Source: a bacterium (lineage in GTDB: Bacteria; Caldisericota; Caldisericia; UBA6126). From it: DNA of 64,000 bases. Shown piece by piece: positions 40,294-50,800 of this stretch (positions are counted from its first letter, which is position 1; every line of letters begins with the position of its first letter). The notes under the pieces are model-generated. The model ran no database searches and had not been told where the DNA came from. It worked only from the letters and a program-made list of their open reading frames with translations. The stretch spans positions 45,197 to 109,196 of the forward strand of contig JAJFUD010000019.1 in NCBI GenBank assembly GCA_021372585.1, written 5' to 3'. Made by a program: the position numbers and the translations under genes.

Positions 40294-40384
40294 TGTCCTC
40301 CTGATTTTGGATAAGGAAATTATAACATAAAACACTAACACTGAATTCATTTTGTGAATTCAAAAAAGTCGTTACAATTCCAGT

Positions 40385-41542
40385 ATGCAAAGAAATTTGT
40401 TAAGTATGTTCAACACGGTCGATCAGTCTCATTACCCGATTTATGATTTCGCTTTGATGAATGATTCGGGAACTCCTTATGTGATAGGTGTTCTGACCAG
40501 AATTAAAGGGGAAAAACGGTGGATCAGTACAGAAAATATTGACTGGACACAGCTTCCGGTTCATTTTCCATGCGCAACCCCTTGGGAATCCTTGCCTACC
40601 GGAGCTTTTTCTATCAAAAAGCAGCTACTCTGGAGAATCGGTTTAAACCTGAAACATCAAAGACCTGTCAGGGTCGTGAATTATGAGCTAAAACAAGAAC
40701 AGAACCAGCTTCGTTTGCATAAGCTTTTTTTTGGCTGGAAAGGATTGATGTCATATTTTACCGGTCACAGAATAGGGAAACGACCTATCGATTTTTTAAC
40801 ATGGGATCAATACCAACCATTTTTTGAGAGCGCTTGTCTCTCGAATTATGATAAAATGGATTGGTTTTATCCTGCAGACATCGCGGATATGCTGAGAATG
40901 TTACCTTTCCATAACCAAGTGCAGCTAATCAATGGATTGCATCCAATGCTGGCAGCCAATACGATGAAAGAACTGGAAGCTCATTTTCAGCACCCGATTC
41001 TCGACAAGCTTTCCTCCGGGAAGATTTCAGAGTTATTAAGTTTACTGCCGAGCAATCATGCTTCCGCGATTTTAAGAGAGTATAAAGATCCTGAAAAGCT
41101 GGTTCAGCTGATCCCGAATCCTCTTCAAAATAAAATCAGGACACAGCTTGGTTATGATCCCGGTTCAGCTGGGGCATGGATGGATACAGAGTTTTTTTCC
41201 TTTTCTTCAAAGAGTACTTGTTCTGAGTGCTTAAGTTACCTGCGTACCCATCCTCTTTCACCTGAAAGTGTATTCTATATCTATATTGAAAACGGCCGGC
41301 AGGAGTTTATTGGTGTAGTGTCCATACGATCTGTCATCATGTCAGATCCGGACACTCCCCTGGAAACATTGATGAAGAAAAATCTGGTTGCTTTAACCGT
41401 ACAAACCCCAAAGGTGGATGTGGCCAATCTGATGAGCCGATATCACCTATTGGCACTCCCGGTAGTAGACAACGAGAAGAAAATCACAGGGGTCATAAAA
41501 ATCTATGACGTCTTGGACTCCACTCTGGAATATCCCATTTAA
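40385..41542 (+). CDS. Soluble MgtE-N-like plus CBS-pair domain protein (no transporter domain)
   Basis: The middle region ([24 protein letters not shown]...[20 protein letters not shown]) resembles the MgtE intracellular N domain. The C-terminus has a CBS pair (...[44 protein letters not shown]). No TM segments. Confidence 0.45.
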   Translation: MQRNLLSMFNTVDQSHYPIYDFALMNDSGTPYVIGVLTRIKGEKRWISTENIDWTQLPVHFPCATPWESLPTGAFSIKKQLLWRIGLNLKHQRPVRVVNYELKQEQNQLRLHKLFFGWKGLMSYFTGHRIGKRPIDFLTWDQYQPFFESACLSNYDKMDWFYPADIADMLRMLPFHNQVQLINGLHPMLAANTMKELEAHFQHPILDKLSSGKISELLSLLPSNHASAILREYKDPEKLVQLIPNPLQNKIRTQLGYDPGSAGAWMDTEFFSFSSKSTCSECLSYLRTHPLSPESVFYIYIENGRQEFIGVVSIRSVIMSDPDTPLETLMKKNLVALTVQTPKVDVANLMSRYHLLALPVVDNEKKITGVIKIYDVLDSTLEYPI

Positions 41543-41557
41543 AAACGCTATGTTATG

Positions 41558-42784
41558 TTATTTTGGGAGTGTCGGTACCATAATCTTATTACCCGTGCCG
41601 ATTTTCTTGAAATTGATATCGACATCAGCCCATATTTGAAAATCCGGTGCTTCCGGCATAGTTCTTCCACGAACACGTGTGATAGCGTGGTTGATGTCTA
41701 GCCGTTCGTGTTTATCAATCATCCAGATCTCCAAGTTGCATTTTTTCTGGGCAGGGGCACTTGGTTTGGAAACCATGGTATATTTCTTGGCCTGGTACCC
41801 ATTCATCGTCTCTGTTCCCTTGTAAGTGATCGTCAGATCATCGTCTTGAAAATTAAATCCGCTCAGGATAGTTACTATGTCAAATTTGATGACATCGTCT
41901 GCTTCAGAGGGGATATCCAATTCATTTATCTCTTTCCAGCCATTGCCTAAATTAACAAAAACCCCTGCATTGTTCTGTATCATCTCGCCATGGTTTTGGC
42001 CTTCATCGAATTTTACATGCTTATTATATCTATCCTGGGAGATAATGTGATAGGTACGGGTACCTTTATTTGGCTGAACCGTTCTAACGCTGTCACAGAT
42101 ATAATCGTCAAGGAAAGTAGGGTCTACGGCAAATTCCTGATTACGTTTTTTTTCAGGTTCCCTTACAGGAGTATCGCCTGTCATTTTTTTTAGGGAAAAT
42201 TTAGCGACATTGATCCCGCGAGTGAGCGTGATTGTCTTATTCAGGGCATCGTATCCCGGAACGGTCACCCAAATTCCATACTCTCCCTCCAGGAGTGATT
42301 CTAATTTGTAATATCCTTTTGCATCCGTCCGGATAATGTTCATGCCGACCTGGATCGTAACATTTCCGATCGGTTTTCCGGTTGCTTCATCTACGACAGT
42401 ACCCTCTAACGTGCAAGGTTTTTCCTTGAGTTTTGAGATATAAAAATCTTCCTGTTGAGAACCTTTGCTGATAATGATGGATTTTTCATAGGAGGTATAA
42501 CCGTTTTTCTTGGCTTTCAGAGTGTAATATCCCGGTTCGAAAGTAATTTTATACCGCCCCTGGTTATCGGTAGTCGATTTATAGATTCGGTTGGTGGCAC
42601 TATTCTCTATTTGGATGGAGACCTTTCCTACCGGTACCTGCAAATCTACGTCTGTTACAATTCCGACCAGAATCGCGCTTCCCGTGTTATTTATCCGGGA
42701 ACAGCCGGTTTTACAGCCCGTCGGAACAATCAGTAGAGTGAGAAGGCAAGTCCAGAGAAGGGAAAGTTTGATTAGTTTAGGCAT
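41558..42784 (-). CDS. Lipoprotein with tandem carboxypeptidase-regulatory-like (CarbopepD_reg/Cna B-type) beta-sandwich domains and an unknown C-terminal domain
   Basis: Lipobox IVPTGC. The repeats are VGKVSIQIENSATNRIYKSTTDNQGRYKITFEPGYYTLKAKKNGY and GNVTIQVGMNIIRTDAKGYYKLESLLEGEYGIWVTVPGY. The start overlaps the upstream ATPase gene by 8 nt. Confidence 0.45.
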   Translation of the reverse strand: MPKLIKLSLLWTCLLTLLIVPTGCKTGCSRINNTGSAILVGIVTDVDLQVPVGKVSIQIENSATNRIYKSTTDNQGRYKITFEPGYYTLKAKKNGYTSYEKSIIISKGSQQEDFYISKLKEKPCTLEGTVVDEATGKPIGNVTIQVGMNIIRTDAKGYYKLESLLEGEYGIWVTVPGYDALNKTITLTRGINVAKFSLKKMTGDTPVREPEKKRNQEFAVDPTFLDDYICDSVRTVQPNKGTRTYHIISQDRYNKHVKFDEGQNHGEMIQNNAGVFVNLGNGWKEINELDIPSEADDVIKFDIVTILSGFNFQDDDLTITYKGTETMNGYQAKKYTMVSKPSAPAQKKCNLEIWMIDKHERLDINHAITRVRGRTMPEAPDFQIWADVDINFKKIGTGNKIMVPTLPK

Positions 42785-44354
42785 TTTTTTCCTCCATAAA
42801 ATTCGGTGGATATACTACAACAAAGCGTCTCGGTTCTTCGCCGAAACTCTCGGATTTTAATCCATAACGTAAGGCTAACTGATGCTCCAGCTTTCGTATC
42901 TTGATATCGGCAGGAGGTAAGTTGACAGGTAATTTCGTAAAGAATACCTGTTCTATAAACTTCTCCAGGTCTTGAATTTGATGGTCATGGTTTTTCGCCG
43001 GTTGCTTATCCAGCTGGCTGATAAACTTCCTTACCTCTGCCAGAGTGTTTTCGGGGATCGAGTAGATTGGTATATTCATACTTTCAGCCACATGGAGTGC
43101 AGAAGAATTTCGTTTTCGGTAACTCTCTGTCGTCAGTACAATGGTCGCATCCTGCAGGTTCTTCACAATCTCGATCGTGTTTTTGCTCTCATGAAGGGAT
43201 CTGCTTAAATAAGTGCTGCTGACACCAAACGGGTATAATTTGATTAATATCTTGCTCTGAATGGAAGACCAAGAGTTAGCCTCCCCTTCCTCGTTCTGCA
43301 ATGGTTTCGGAATCATGGTTCCCTCCTGGGAGGTAGCCATTTCTTTGGAATCCAGGATGGAAGGTTTTCCATTCTCCCCTTTCCGACGTATTTCAGGATA
43401 TACGGGATGACTGCGCAGATACCGGTCCACTGTTTTGGCAACGTCTTTGTACACGGCGTATTCATCACGGGTGTGAATTTCGATCAGGATATCAAAGGTG
43501 GGAGCAGCAGTTCTCTCCAGAACGGTTTTCTGGGTACCACGGCGAATGGACTCTTCATCGCTTAGGATGACTGAGGTAATCCCGCCTAACAAATCAGAGA
43601 TGGTTGGATTAAACAACACATTCTCGAGTGTGTTGCCATGTGCGGTACCAATCAGCTGGACGCCTCTCTCGGCAATCGTTCTGCTGGCTGCAGCTTCTTC
43701 CTGGGTGCCGATCTCGTCAATAATGATGACTTCGGGCATGTGGTTCTCGACTGCTTCGATCATAACCTGGTATTGGGCTTTTTCAAATGGGACCTGCATT
43801 CTTCTGGATAATCCCACCGCCGGATGAGGCAGGTTTCCCTCTCCGGCGATTTCATTGGAAGTGTCCACGATGACGACTCTTTTTTTGAATTCTGTGCTCA
43901 GAACCCTGGCAGATTCCCGCAGGAGAGTCGTTTTACCAATTCCCGGTTTCCCCAGTAGCAGAATATTTTTTCCGCTTTCAAACAAATCCTTCACCAGATC
44001 GATCATTCCCATGACTGCTCTGCCAACGCGGCAGGTAAGTCCGATAATCTCTCCTCTGCGACTACGAATCGCTGAGATACGGTGTAAGGTTCCCTCAATA
44101 CCAGCACGGTTATCCCGGTCAAACAGCGGAAGTTGTTGGGTGATCGCCAGGATATGCTCCGATTGGACGACCATATCGGAGATCTCGATCGTCTCATGGG
44201 TGTACCTGGCTTCTACTTTTCTGCCCAAGTCCAGCACAACTTCGAGCAGATCGTCTTCATGACCATATTCAATCAACTTCTCCCGGATAAAGTCCGGAAA
44301 CAGGTCGATAAATAACTTGATATCTCTTTCAAATAACAATGCTTTTTTTTCCAT
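42777..44354 (-). CDS. ycf45/SpoIIIAA-like AAA+ ATPase with a C-terminal R3H-like domain
   Basis: Walker A LLLGKPGIGKTTLL and Walker B VIIIDEIG. The conserved ycf45 block is RISAIRSRRGEIIGLTCRVGRAVMG. The product is 525 aa. Confidence 0.7.
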   Translation of the reverse strand: MEKKALLFERDIKLFIDLFPDFIREKLIEYGHEDDLLEVVLDLGRKVEARYTHETIEISDMVVQSEHILAITQQLPLFDRDNRAGIEGTLHRISAIRSRRGEIIGLTCRVGRAVMGMIDLVKDLFESGKNILLLGKPGIGKTTLLRESARVLSTEFKKRVVIVDTSNEIAGEGNLPHPAVGLSRRMQVPFEKAQYQVMIEAVENHMPEVIIIDEIGTQEEAAASRTIAERGVQLIGTAHGNTLENVLFNPTISDLLGGITSVILSDEESIRRGTQKTVLERTAAPTFDILIEIHTRDEYAVYKDVAKTVDRYLRSHPVYPEIRRKGENGKPSILDSKEMATSQEGTMIPKPLQNEEGEANSWSSIQSKILIKLYPFGVSSTYLSRSLHESKNTIEIVKNLQDATIVLTTESYRKRNSSALHVAESMNIPIYSIPENTLAEVRKFISQLDKQPAKNHDHQIQDLEKFIEQVFFTKLPVNLPPADIKIRKLEHQLALRYGLKSESFGEEPRRFVVVYPPNFMEEKNA

Positions 44355-44389
44355 TAATGAAATAGTATACCTGATTTATTTATTTTGGT

Positions 44390-44968
44390 TCATTCCTTCG
44401 GGTAAGCGAACTGGAGCAAGGCTGTCTCCACGGCATGGTATACTGTCTGTTTTGGTCCTGCCGGAATCAGGTCACCATACTGAACGTACACCGTTGGTCT
44501 AAATTGTTTGGAGGTGATGGATTTCGAACCGGAGATGAATACGGGAACTACCGCAGCGGGTGCCATTTCAGCAAGGTAAGCAAATCCCATTTTCAAGGGT
44601 AGCAAAGGCTCAGAGGATCGATTACGGGTTCCTTCCCCAAAAATCAAAAGCGCTTGGTTTGTGCGGAGAATCGATAGTATTTTTTTCAGGAATTCTTTAG
44701 AGACCTCCTCTCTTTTTACCGGATATGCCCCCATCCTCCGTAAGAACCAATTGAAAAGAAAAAAGCGGAACAATTCAGCTTTCGCCATGAAGCGAAGGCG
44801 TCTTTTTGAGACAGACAGACCAACGACAATCGGGTCAAATCCGGAGATATGGTTGGCGACCAAAATAACGGGACCGGTTTGAGGAATTTTATCTTGACCG
44901 GTAACCACTAACCTGGCGCGGAGAAAAAAGAAGAACCGGGCTAAACCCCAGATAAACCAATAAAACAT
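44390..44968 (-). CDS. plsC: 1-acyl-sn-glycerol-3-phosphate acyltransferase
   Basis: The HX4D acyltransferase motif VANHISGFDP. FGEGTRNRS is block III. Confidence 0.75.
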   Translation of the reverse strand: MFYWFIWGLARFFFFLRARLVVTGQDKIPQTGPVILVANHISGFDPIVVGLSVSKRRLRFMAKAELFRFFLFNWFLRRMGAYPVKREEVSKEFLKKILSILRTNQALLIFGEGTRNRSSEPLLPLKMGFAYLAEMAPAAVVPVFISGSKSITSKQFRPTVYVQYGDLIPAGPKQTVYHAVETALLQFAYPKE

Positions 44969-44969
44969 G

Positions 44970-45605
44970 TTAAAGAAGCAGGTTAAACCAGCTGAACAGC
45001 TGGTTAATAACTGGTACTATGATCATGGCAGGCCAATTAAACAGCAGAAGGGAACCGATCAGGATCAGAAATCCATACCGTTCCAAAAATGCATTGATAT
45101 AACTATATTTCGGAGGAATCAACACCGTGATTAACCTTGATCCGTCCAGGGGAGGAATCGGTAGCAAATTAAAGAGCGCCAAGGCCAGGTTAATAAAAAT
45201 CATGGTGCTGAAAAAGGTGTCTAAGCCATCATTCATCCATTTTAGTCGGAATAATACGACATAAATCACGACGGATATCAACATCAGCAGGATATTCGAT
45301 AAGGGACCAGCCAGTGATGTCCACACGATCCCACTTTTGGTGTGTCTGAAATTCATCGGATTGATCGGGACCGGTTTTGCCCATCCAAACCGGAATAATA
45401 ATAACATGAGAGTGCCCAGCGGATCCAGGTGATCCAGTGGATTCAGCGAGAGTCTTCCATACCGTTCCGGGGTAGGGTCCCCCTGTTTGACCGCAACCAA
45501 CGCATGCGCATATTCATGAACCGTAAGGGAGATAAGCAAAGCAGGAATTGTCCATATCAGACTGATCCAGTAATCTGGGTTGGTGAGATTCTGAAAAATA
45601 GACAT
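44970..45605 (-). CDS. Site-2 protease family (M50) zinc metalloprotease
   Basis: HEYAHALVA (HExxH) within a TM helix. A polytopic membrane protein with a downstream LDG-type motif (PPLDGSRL). Confidence 0.7.
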   Translation of the reverse strand: MSIFQNLTNPDYWISLIWTIPALLISLTVHEYAHALVAVKQGDPTPERYGRLSLNPLDHLDPLGTLMLLLFRFGWAKPVPINPMNFRHTKSGIVWTSLAGPLSNILLMLISVVIYVVLFRLKWMNDGLDTFFSTMIFINLALALFNLLPIPPLDGSRLITVLIPPKYSYINAFLERYGFLILIGSLLLFNWPAMIIVPVINQLFSWFNLLL

Positions 45606-45607
45606 GC

Positions 45608-46153
45608 TTATAACCCCAGCGTTTCATGAATTGACTGCATCGCAGCGAGGCACACCTGGCAGAAGTCTTCCAGCGACAATCCCAGCTGGGAGCACATCTT
45701 GATCTGTTCACGATTGGCTCCGGCTGCAAAGCGTTTTTCTTTAAACCGTTTTAAGACCGTCTCCGTTCGGACCGCAAGCAAGGACTTTTCAGGAGTCATC
45801 AAAGCGGAAGCGATAATCAGACCGGTCAGCGGATCCACGGCATACAATCCTTTGGCCATGTTTGTGGTTCGTTCTCGGTAACCGGCGTGGCAGGCAATGG
45901 CATCCAAGATTTCGGGGGCGAGAGCCAACGGTTTCAGCAAAGATTGAGCTTCTACCCCATGTTGAGAAGGATTTTCACTCGTCAATTCGTAATCCACATC
46001 ATGCAATAAACCTGCCAGGGACCACGCTGCTCCATCTTCACCCAGTTTTTCTGCGAGTGATTTCATACAGGCCTCTGTTGCATACATATGTTTCAACAAA
46101 TTCTCTTTCTGAATGTGCTGTTTTAACAATATAACGGCTTCTTCGCGTGTCAT
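45608..46153 (-). CDS. HD-domain phosphohydrolase
   Basis: The HD motif LAGLLHDVDYE and downstream His/Asp residues (ACHAGYRE, YAVDPL). 181 aa. Confidence 0.55.
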   Translation of the reverse strand: MTREEAVILLKQHIQKENLLKHMYATEACMKSLAEKLGEDGAAWSLAGLLHDVDYELTSENPSQHGVEAQSLLKPLALAPEILDAIACHAGYRERTTNMAKGLYAVDPLTGLIIASALMTPEKSLLAVRTETVLKRFKEKRFAAGANREQIKMCSQLGLSLEDFCQVCLAAMQSIHETLGL

Positions 46154-46166
46154 TTCATTTCTCCTC

Positions 46167-47351
46167 TCAGGCTGATTTCAGTTTATCGGCTAAATCGGTC
46201 TTTTCCCAGGGTAAATCCAGATCTTTTCTACCAAAATGACCGTATGCGGCAGTTTGTTTGAATATCGGTCGAAGAAGATCAAATTGTTGAATGATGGCAG
46301 CCGGGCGAAAATCAAAAACGGCCAATACTTTTTTGGCAATTTCTTCATCGGGAAGAATGCCTGTTCCAAAAGTATCAATGAAAACGGATACCGGACGCGC
46401 CACCCCAATTGCATAAGCAACCTGGATCTCACATCGTTCCGCTAACCCTGCGGCCACCACATTTTTAGCCACATACCGTGCCGCATAGGTAGCTGTTCTG
46501 TCCACTTTTGTAGGGTCTTTACCGGAGAATGAACCTCCGCCATGGCGTGAATAACCACCATATGTGTCGACTATGATCTTTCTGCCGGTGAGTCCCGAAT
46601 CGGCTTCCGGACCGCCAATGACAAAATGACCCGATGGATTGATGTAGTATTTCGTTTGTTGATCCAGCATCGTAGAGGGGATTACAGGCTGGATCACCCA
46701 TTTTTTGATATCTTCAGAGAGTTGGTTCATCTCTACGCCTTCATCATGCTGGGCAGAGATGACAATCGTATCGACTCGGACAGGGGTATTCCCATCGTAT
46801 TCTACGGTAACTTGAGTTTTTCCGTCAGGAAGCAAATACGGTAGCGTATTGTTTTTTCTGACTTCGGTAAGTTTTTTGGCTAATTGATGGGCAAGCGAGA
46901 TAGGCAGGGGCATCAATTCTTCTGTTTCCCGACAAGCAAATCCAAACATCATGCCCTGATCCCCAGCGCCTAACGTATCTAATAGATCGCATGTGATTTT
47001 CTGACGGCATTCCCATGAGTTCTCCACTCCACGGTCGATATCACAGGATTGTTCTTTAATGGTGTTGATCACTCCGCAGGTCAGCCCGTCGAATCCGGTT
47101 CGGCGGTTTTGGTATCCGATCTCCTGGATAGTAGAGCGGGCAATGTTAGCGACGTCTACATAGCAATTGGTCTTGATCTCCCCCATAATCGTCACTAAGC
47201 CTGTGGTAACCGTGGCTTCGCAGGCCACATGGGCTTGCGGGTCCTTTTCCAGTATGGCGTCCAATATAGCATCGGAAATTTGGTCACAAACCTTATCAGG
47301 ATGACCTTCTGTTACCGATTCCGAAGTAAACAACCTGTGGTATTTCTCCAT
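46167..47351 (-). CDS. metK: S-adenosylmethionine synthetase
   Basis: [37 protein letters not shown] and DTYGG are canonical MetK motifs. Confidence 0.95.
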   Translation of the reverse strand: MEKYHRLFTSESVTEGHPDKVCDQISDAILDAILEKDPQAHVACEATVTTGLVTIMGEIKTNCYVDVANIARSTIQEIGYQNRRTGFDGLTCGVINTIKEQSCDIDRGVENSWECRQKITCDLLDTLGAGDQGMMFGFACRETEELMPLPISLAHQLAKKLTEVRKNNTLPYLLPDGKTQVTVEYDGNTPVRVDTIVISAQHDEGVEMNQLSEDIKKWVIQPVIPSTMLDQQTKYYINPSGHFVIGGPEADSGLTGRKIIVDTYGGYSRHGGGSFSGKDPTKVDRTATYAARYVAKNVVAAGLAERCEIQVAYAIGVARPVSVFIDTFGTGILPDEEIAKKVLAVFDFRPAAIIQQFDLLRPIFKQTAAYGHFGRKDLDLPWEKTDLADKLKSA

Positions 47352-47392
47352 CTGAGCACTCCTTAAAAAGTAAAAGCCTTATGAATTAATAT

Positions 47393-47878
47393 TTACCCAA
47401 TCTCTTCAAATCTTTGCATTTCATCCCATAAATATAATCCGGTTTCCTGATCTGGTTTTCGTTTCAAGTCCGTCGAAGTACCGGATAATCGGAACGTTCT
47501 TAAAACCAGTTCTCCTGTCGCGCTGATAATCGCTTTGTACAAATGTCCGCCTATCACTTCAAACTGACGATTGGATAAGGTCACATGAATATGAAAAAAA
47601 GGTTCTTTTTCTTTTAAAGATAAGTTACCGATCAGGGAGGTAATCTCTCTATTTTCCTGGTACACGTTGGTAACATACTTTTTGCACTCCGGGTCAAACC
47701 AGCCTATTTCTGCATAACTAACCGCTCCGATGCCTGTGATCGTGCCGGTTGCCCCTGTATAGTGGTTAAACTTCTTGCAGAAACCGGTTAAGGATTCGAG
47801 AATTTCTTCTCCTTTTTCCAGTCTGATGAACCAGGTTGAATCTCCGTTTAAACCATCTTTGGCAACTTTATAAAACAT
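47393..47878 (-). CDS. PPC/DUF296-domain protein
   Basis: 161 aa with a beta-rich pattern. GHLYKAIISATGELVL at the C-terminus is typical of PPC (PCC) domain proteins. Weak, pattern-based call. Confidence 0.4.
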   Translation of the reverse strand: MFYKVAKDGLNGDSTWFIRLEKGEEILESLTGFCKKFNHYTGATGTITGIGAVSYAEIGWFDPECKKYVTNVYQENREITSLIGNLSLKEKEPFFHIHVTLSNRQFEVIGGHLYKAIISATGELVLRTFRLSGTSTDLKRKPDQETGLYLWDEMQRFEEIG

Positions 47879-47886
47879 CTTTTTTC

Positions 47887-50800
47887 CTACCTCTTTAAAG
47901 TAATCTTAATTTCTTTTGTTTTCGCTTCCCAGTCCACCTTGGCGCCAAAGGCTTCCCCGATAAACCGCAGTGGTACCATCGTTCTTCCGTTCATGATGAC
48001 GGGAGGGGCCTCCAGCGGGAGGGGTTGTTTATTTTTATAGGCTGTCTTTTGCCCGATTCGTAAAGTGAGTTGAATTGTGTCCAACAGGAGGTTGATCTCT
48101 TTTTTTGAAGCTTCCCAGTCCACCTTGGCGCCAAAGGCTTCCCCGATAAACCGCAGTGGTACCATCGTTCTTCCGTTCATGATGACGGGAGGGGCCTCCA
48201 GCACCACTGATTGGTTGTTTACGATCGCTAATGCCCTGTCAATCGCCAGTTCGATATACAAGATCATTTTGTACCGGGTGACGACAAGGTCAAGATACGA
48301 TTGGTTGTTGGCTTTGTCTATGGCAACCAACCGGAAAGTCTGTTTCCCCATGGCTACATTGAGGAGATGTTTCCAGTCTGTCAGGTAATCTGCCGAGATG
48401 GTCTGCTGGTTAATCACCAAAATACAAGCTTCGTCGGTGTGAATCTGAATCGCAAACTGACTCAGGGTGGTTTCCATTGTCTGCAGATTGGGCTGTATTA
48501 GCGAGAGGATGGGGGGATGAGTGTCAACCGTAACGGTTCTCGTCTCTTTCAATTGGTTGCCGAAGTCGTCCTTAACCAGGAACAGGATCACATTCTGCCC
48601 TTCAGAAAGCAGAATTGTCTCCCTGAATCCTCCTCGGGTATCCAGCCGAACTGATCGTTCGTTGATAAACAGGAAAGTCCCATTGGTAGAGCCGGTCACT
48701 TCGATAGATTTTTTATTTATGACCAGGTTATCCTGGAGGTTGACAGAGAGAGAAAGCGGATTCCGGAATTTGGTGACGGAATTCGACCAATCCGATTCTA
48801 ACCTACCGTTAAAGGCAAATACACGGTACGTATAGACGGTTTGGTTTTTCACTGTTGTGTCAGAATAGGTCTGTTCTTTCAGCCAACCTGTCTCAAGAAA
48901 TGGATTTCCCGGTAGCTGTTTAATCCGGCTTATCTTGTATTGAGCATTTTCCGGTAAATTTTGAATGGATAATTCGATCCCGTTTTTCTGGTTTACAGCG
49001 GTCAGGGAGGGAATCAGCCATGGATCTCTCTCAATGGCTTCGACTTCAATCGGAAACTGAATCTGTGAGTTATCCTGCATCGTGATCAGAACAGTTTCTT
49101 TCCACGATCCTGCTTCTGTCGGTGCTGCCTGAAACTGAAGCAGGTTCTCGCTGATCTGATAGGAAACAGGCAATGAAGCCGGTATGACAACATTCAATGG
49201 CTTTCCGGCATGAGAAAAAAATAAGTTAAAGACAGCCTGAGTTCCTTTGTATAAGGTAGTAGACCACTGTTTTTCCACCGGTTCAGCGGGCGCCTCCGAA
49301 GAGGGTATAAAGCACAGCACAGCTTGGCCAACCAATCGTCCTTCCAGCCATATCCCGATTCGAATCAGGATCGTTCGGGTCGGTTTTGGTTGGCTCATCA
49401 AGAAAGAACCTTTTATAATCGTGCCGGGATGAGTGATTTGCGAAGAGAGTCTCATCTCGATATCCGGATCCTCATTCTCGATAGTCAGCTGTAAAGGTTT
49501 CCTGAAGGATCCCTGGGTGAATAAATCCATCTCAAAGGAAAGCGGTTGGTGGGGGGTGACGAATAAAAATTCCGGGTCCGTTTCCAGGGAGAGGAGCTCC
49601 TCATTGCCCTGTTTGACGGGAAGAATTGTTTTTTGACCTGAAGCAGTCGCGATTTCAATACGGCTTGTCTCAGAGATAGTTTGGTAATCCAGCATAGAAA
49701 AGACAAACTGGTATCGGTACTGTGGGAACAAAAGGATTGAGTCCATGGTAAAGAGGGGTGTTTCCTTTCCCTCCTCGTCTTTTTCAGATGAAAAAAGTGA
49801 TAGGGAGAATGGTTCGCTCAAGCCTTCCTGTTCCTGAAAATGGAAAAGTATTTCCGTAAAATCTTTCGACACCAAGATTTCTTGTTCCATCGGGAGACTC
49901 TCTTTACGCAGGTAAGATAATCGAATGTCGGGTGTCTTTTCCGGATTTGTTTGTAAAGTCAACGGTTCAAAGCCGTATTTTGTAATGGTCAGCTCTGATG
50001 GAAGGGCGGGTAAATAAAAATAGCCCCATTCATTGGTGTGCGTATCATTGACAAAGCAATCAGTCAGAGGATTGCCAAAGGGGTCCCTGACCGGCCAATA
50101 GACAGAACCTTCCGGGTCATTCCGTCGCGCTTCCAGGGTGATTGTCTCAGAGGTTTGGTTGGTTAAGCTCAATGCTTGAATGGACACTGATCCGGCAGGC
50201 AAATCCTCAGGTAATCTTACCTTCGCTACCTGGGTACGGTCTTTTTCCAGATGCAGCTGCGTGATCAGGGTCTTGGTTATGCCTTCGCTGGTCACCGACA
50301 AGGAGACATCCTGGCTAACCTGGCTCTTAAAATACAGGGGGGTCGGGGTATCCGCTGAGATGGTTTTGGACTCTTTGGAGTCCACCCAGAACAGAAATGA
50401 GGAGTCGGATTCCCAGGCACAATCCCAAACAAACTCATTGCCTGATTTTAAGGGGATCTGAACCTCATCGGTAACCAGTTTATGCTGATCCTGGGCGATC
50501 AGGAAACGATAGTTTCCTTTGGAAAGGTTGTTCAGAGTGAATTTGCCAAACTCATCGCTGACTGCTTTACCGGAGGTAGGACCCTCCCATACTTCAATGT
50601 TGGCTTCCGCTAATGGCAGGTCATATAAGGAATTCCATATACTACCGCTCAGGCTCTCTTTGCCAGGAGTGGATTCGCGGATCTGCAAAGCGGAGAGAGT
50701 AACTTGCTTAGTTCCTTTATCGCTCAAGAAAGTGGTTTCTAGCTGAGCATTCTTTTCACACCACGGCACCACAGGATTAAAGAACTCTGTCTGCATCGCC

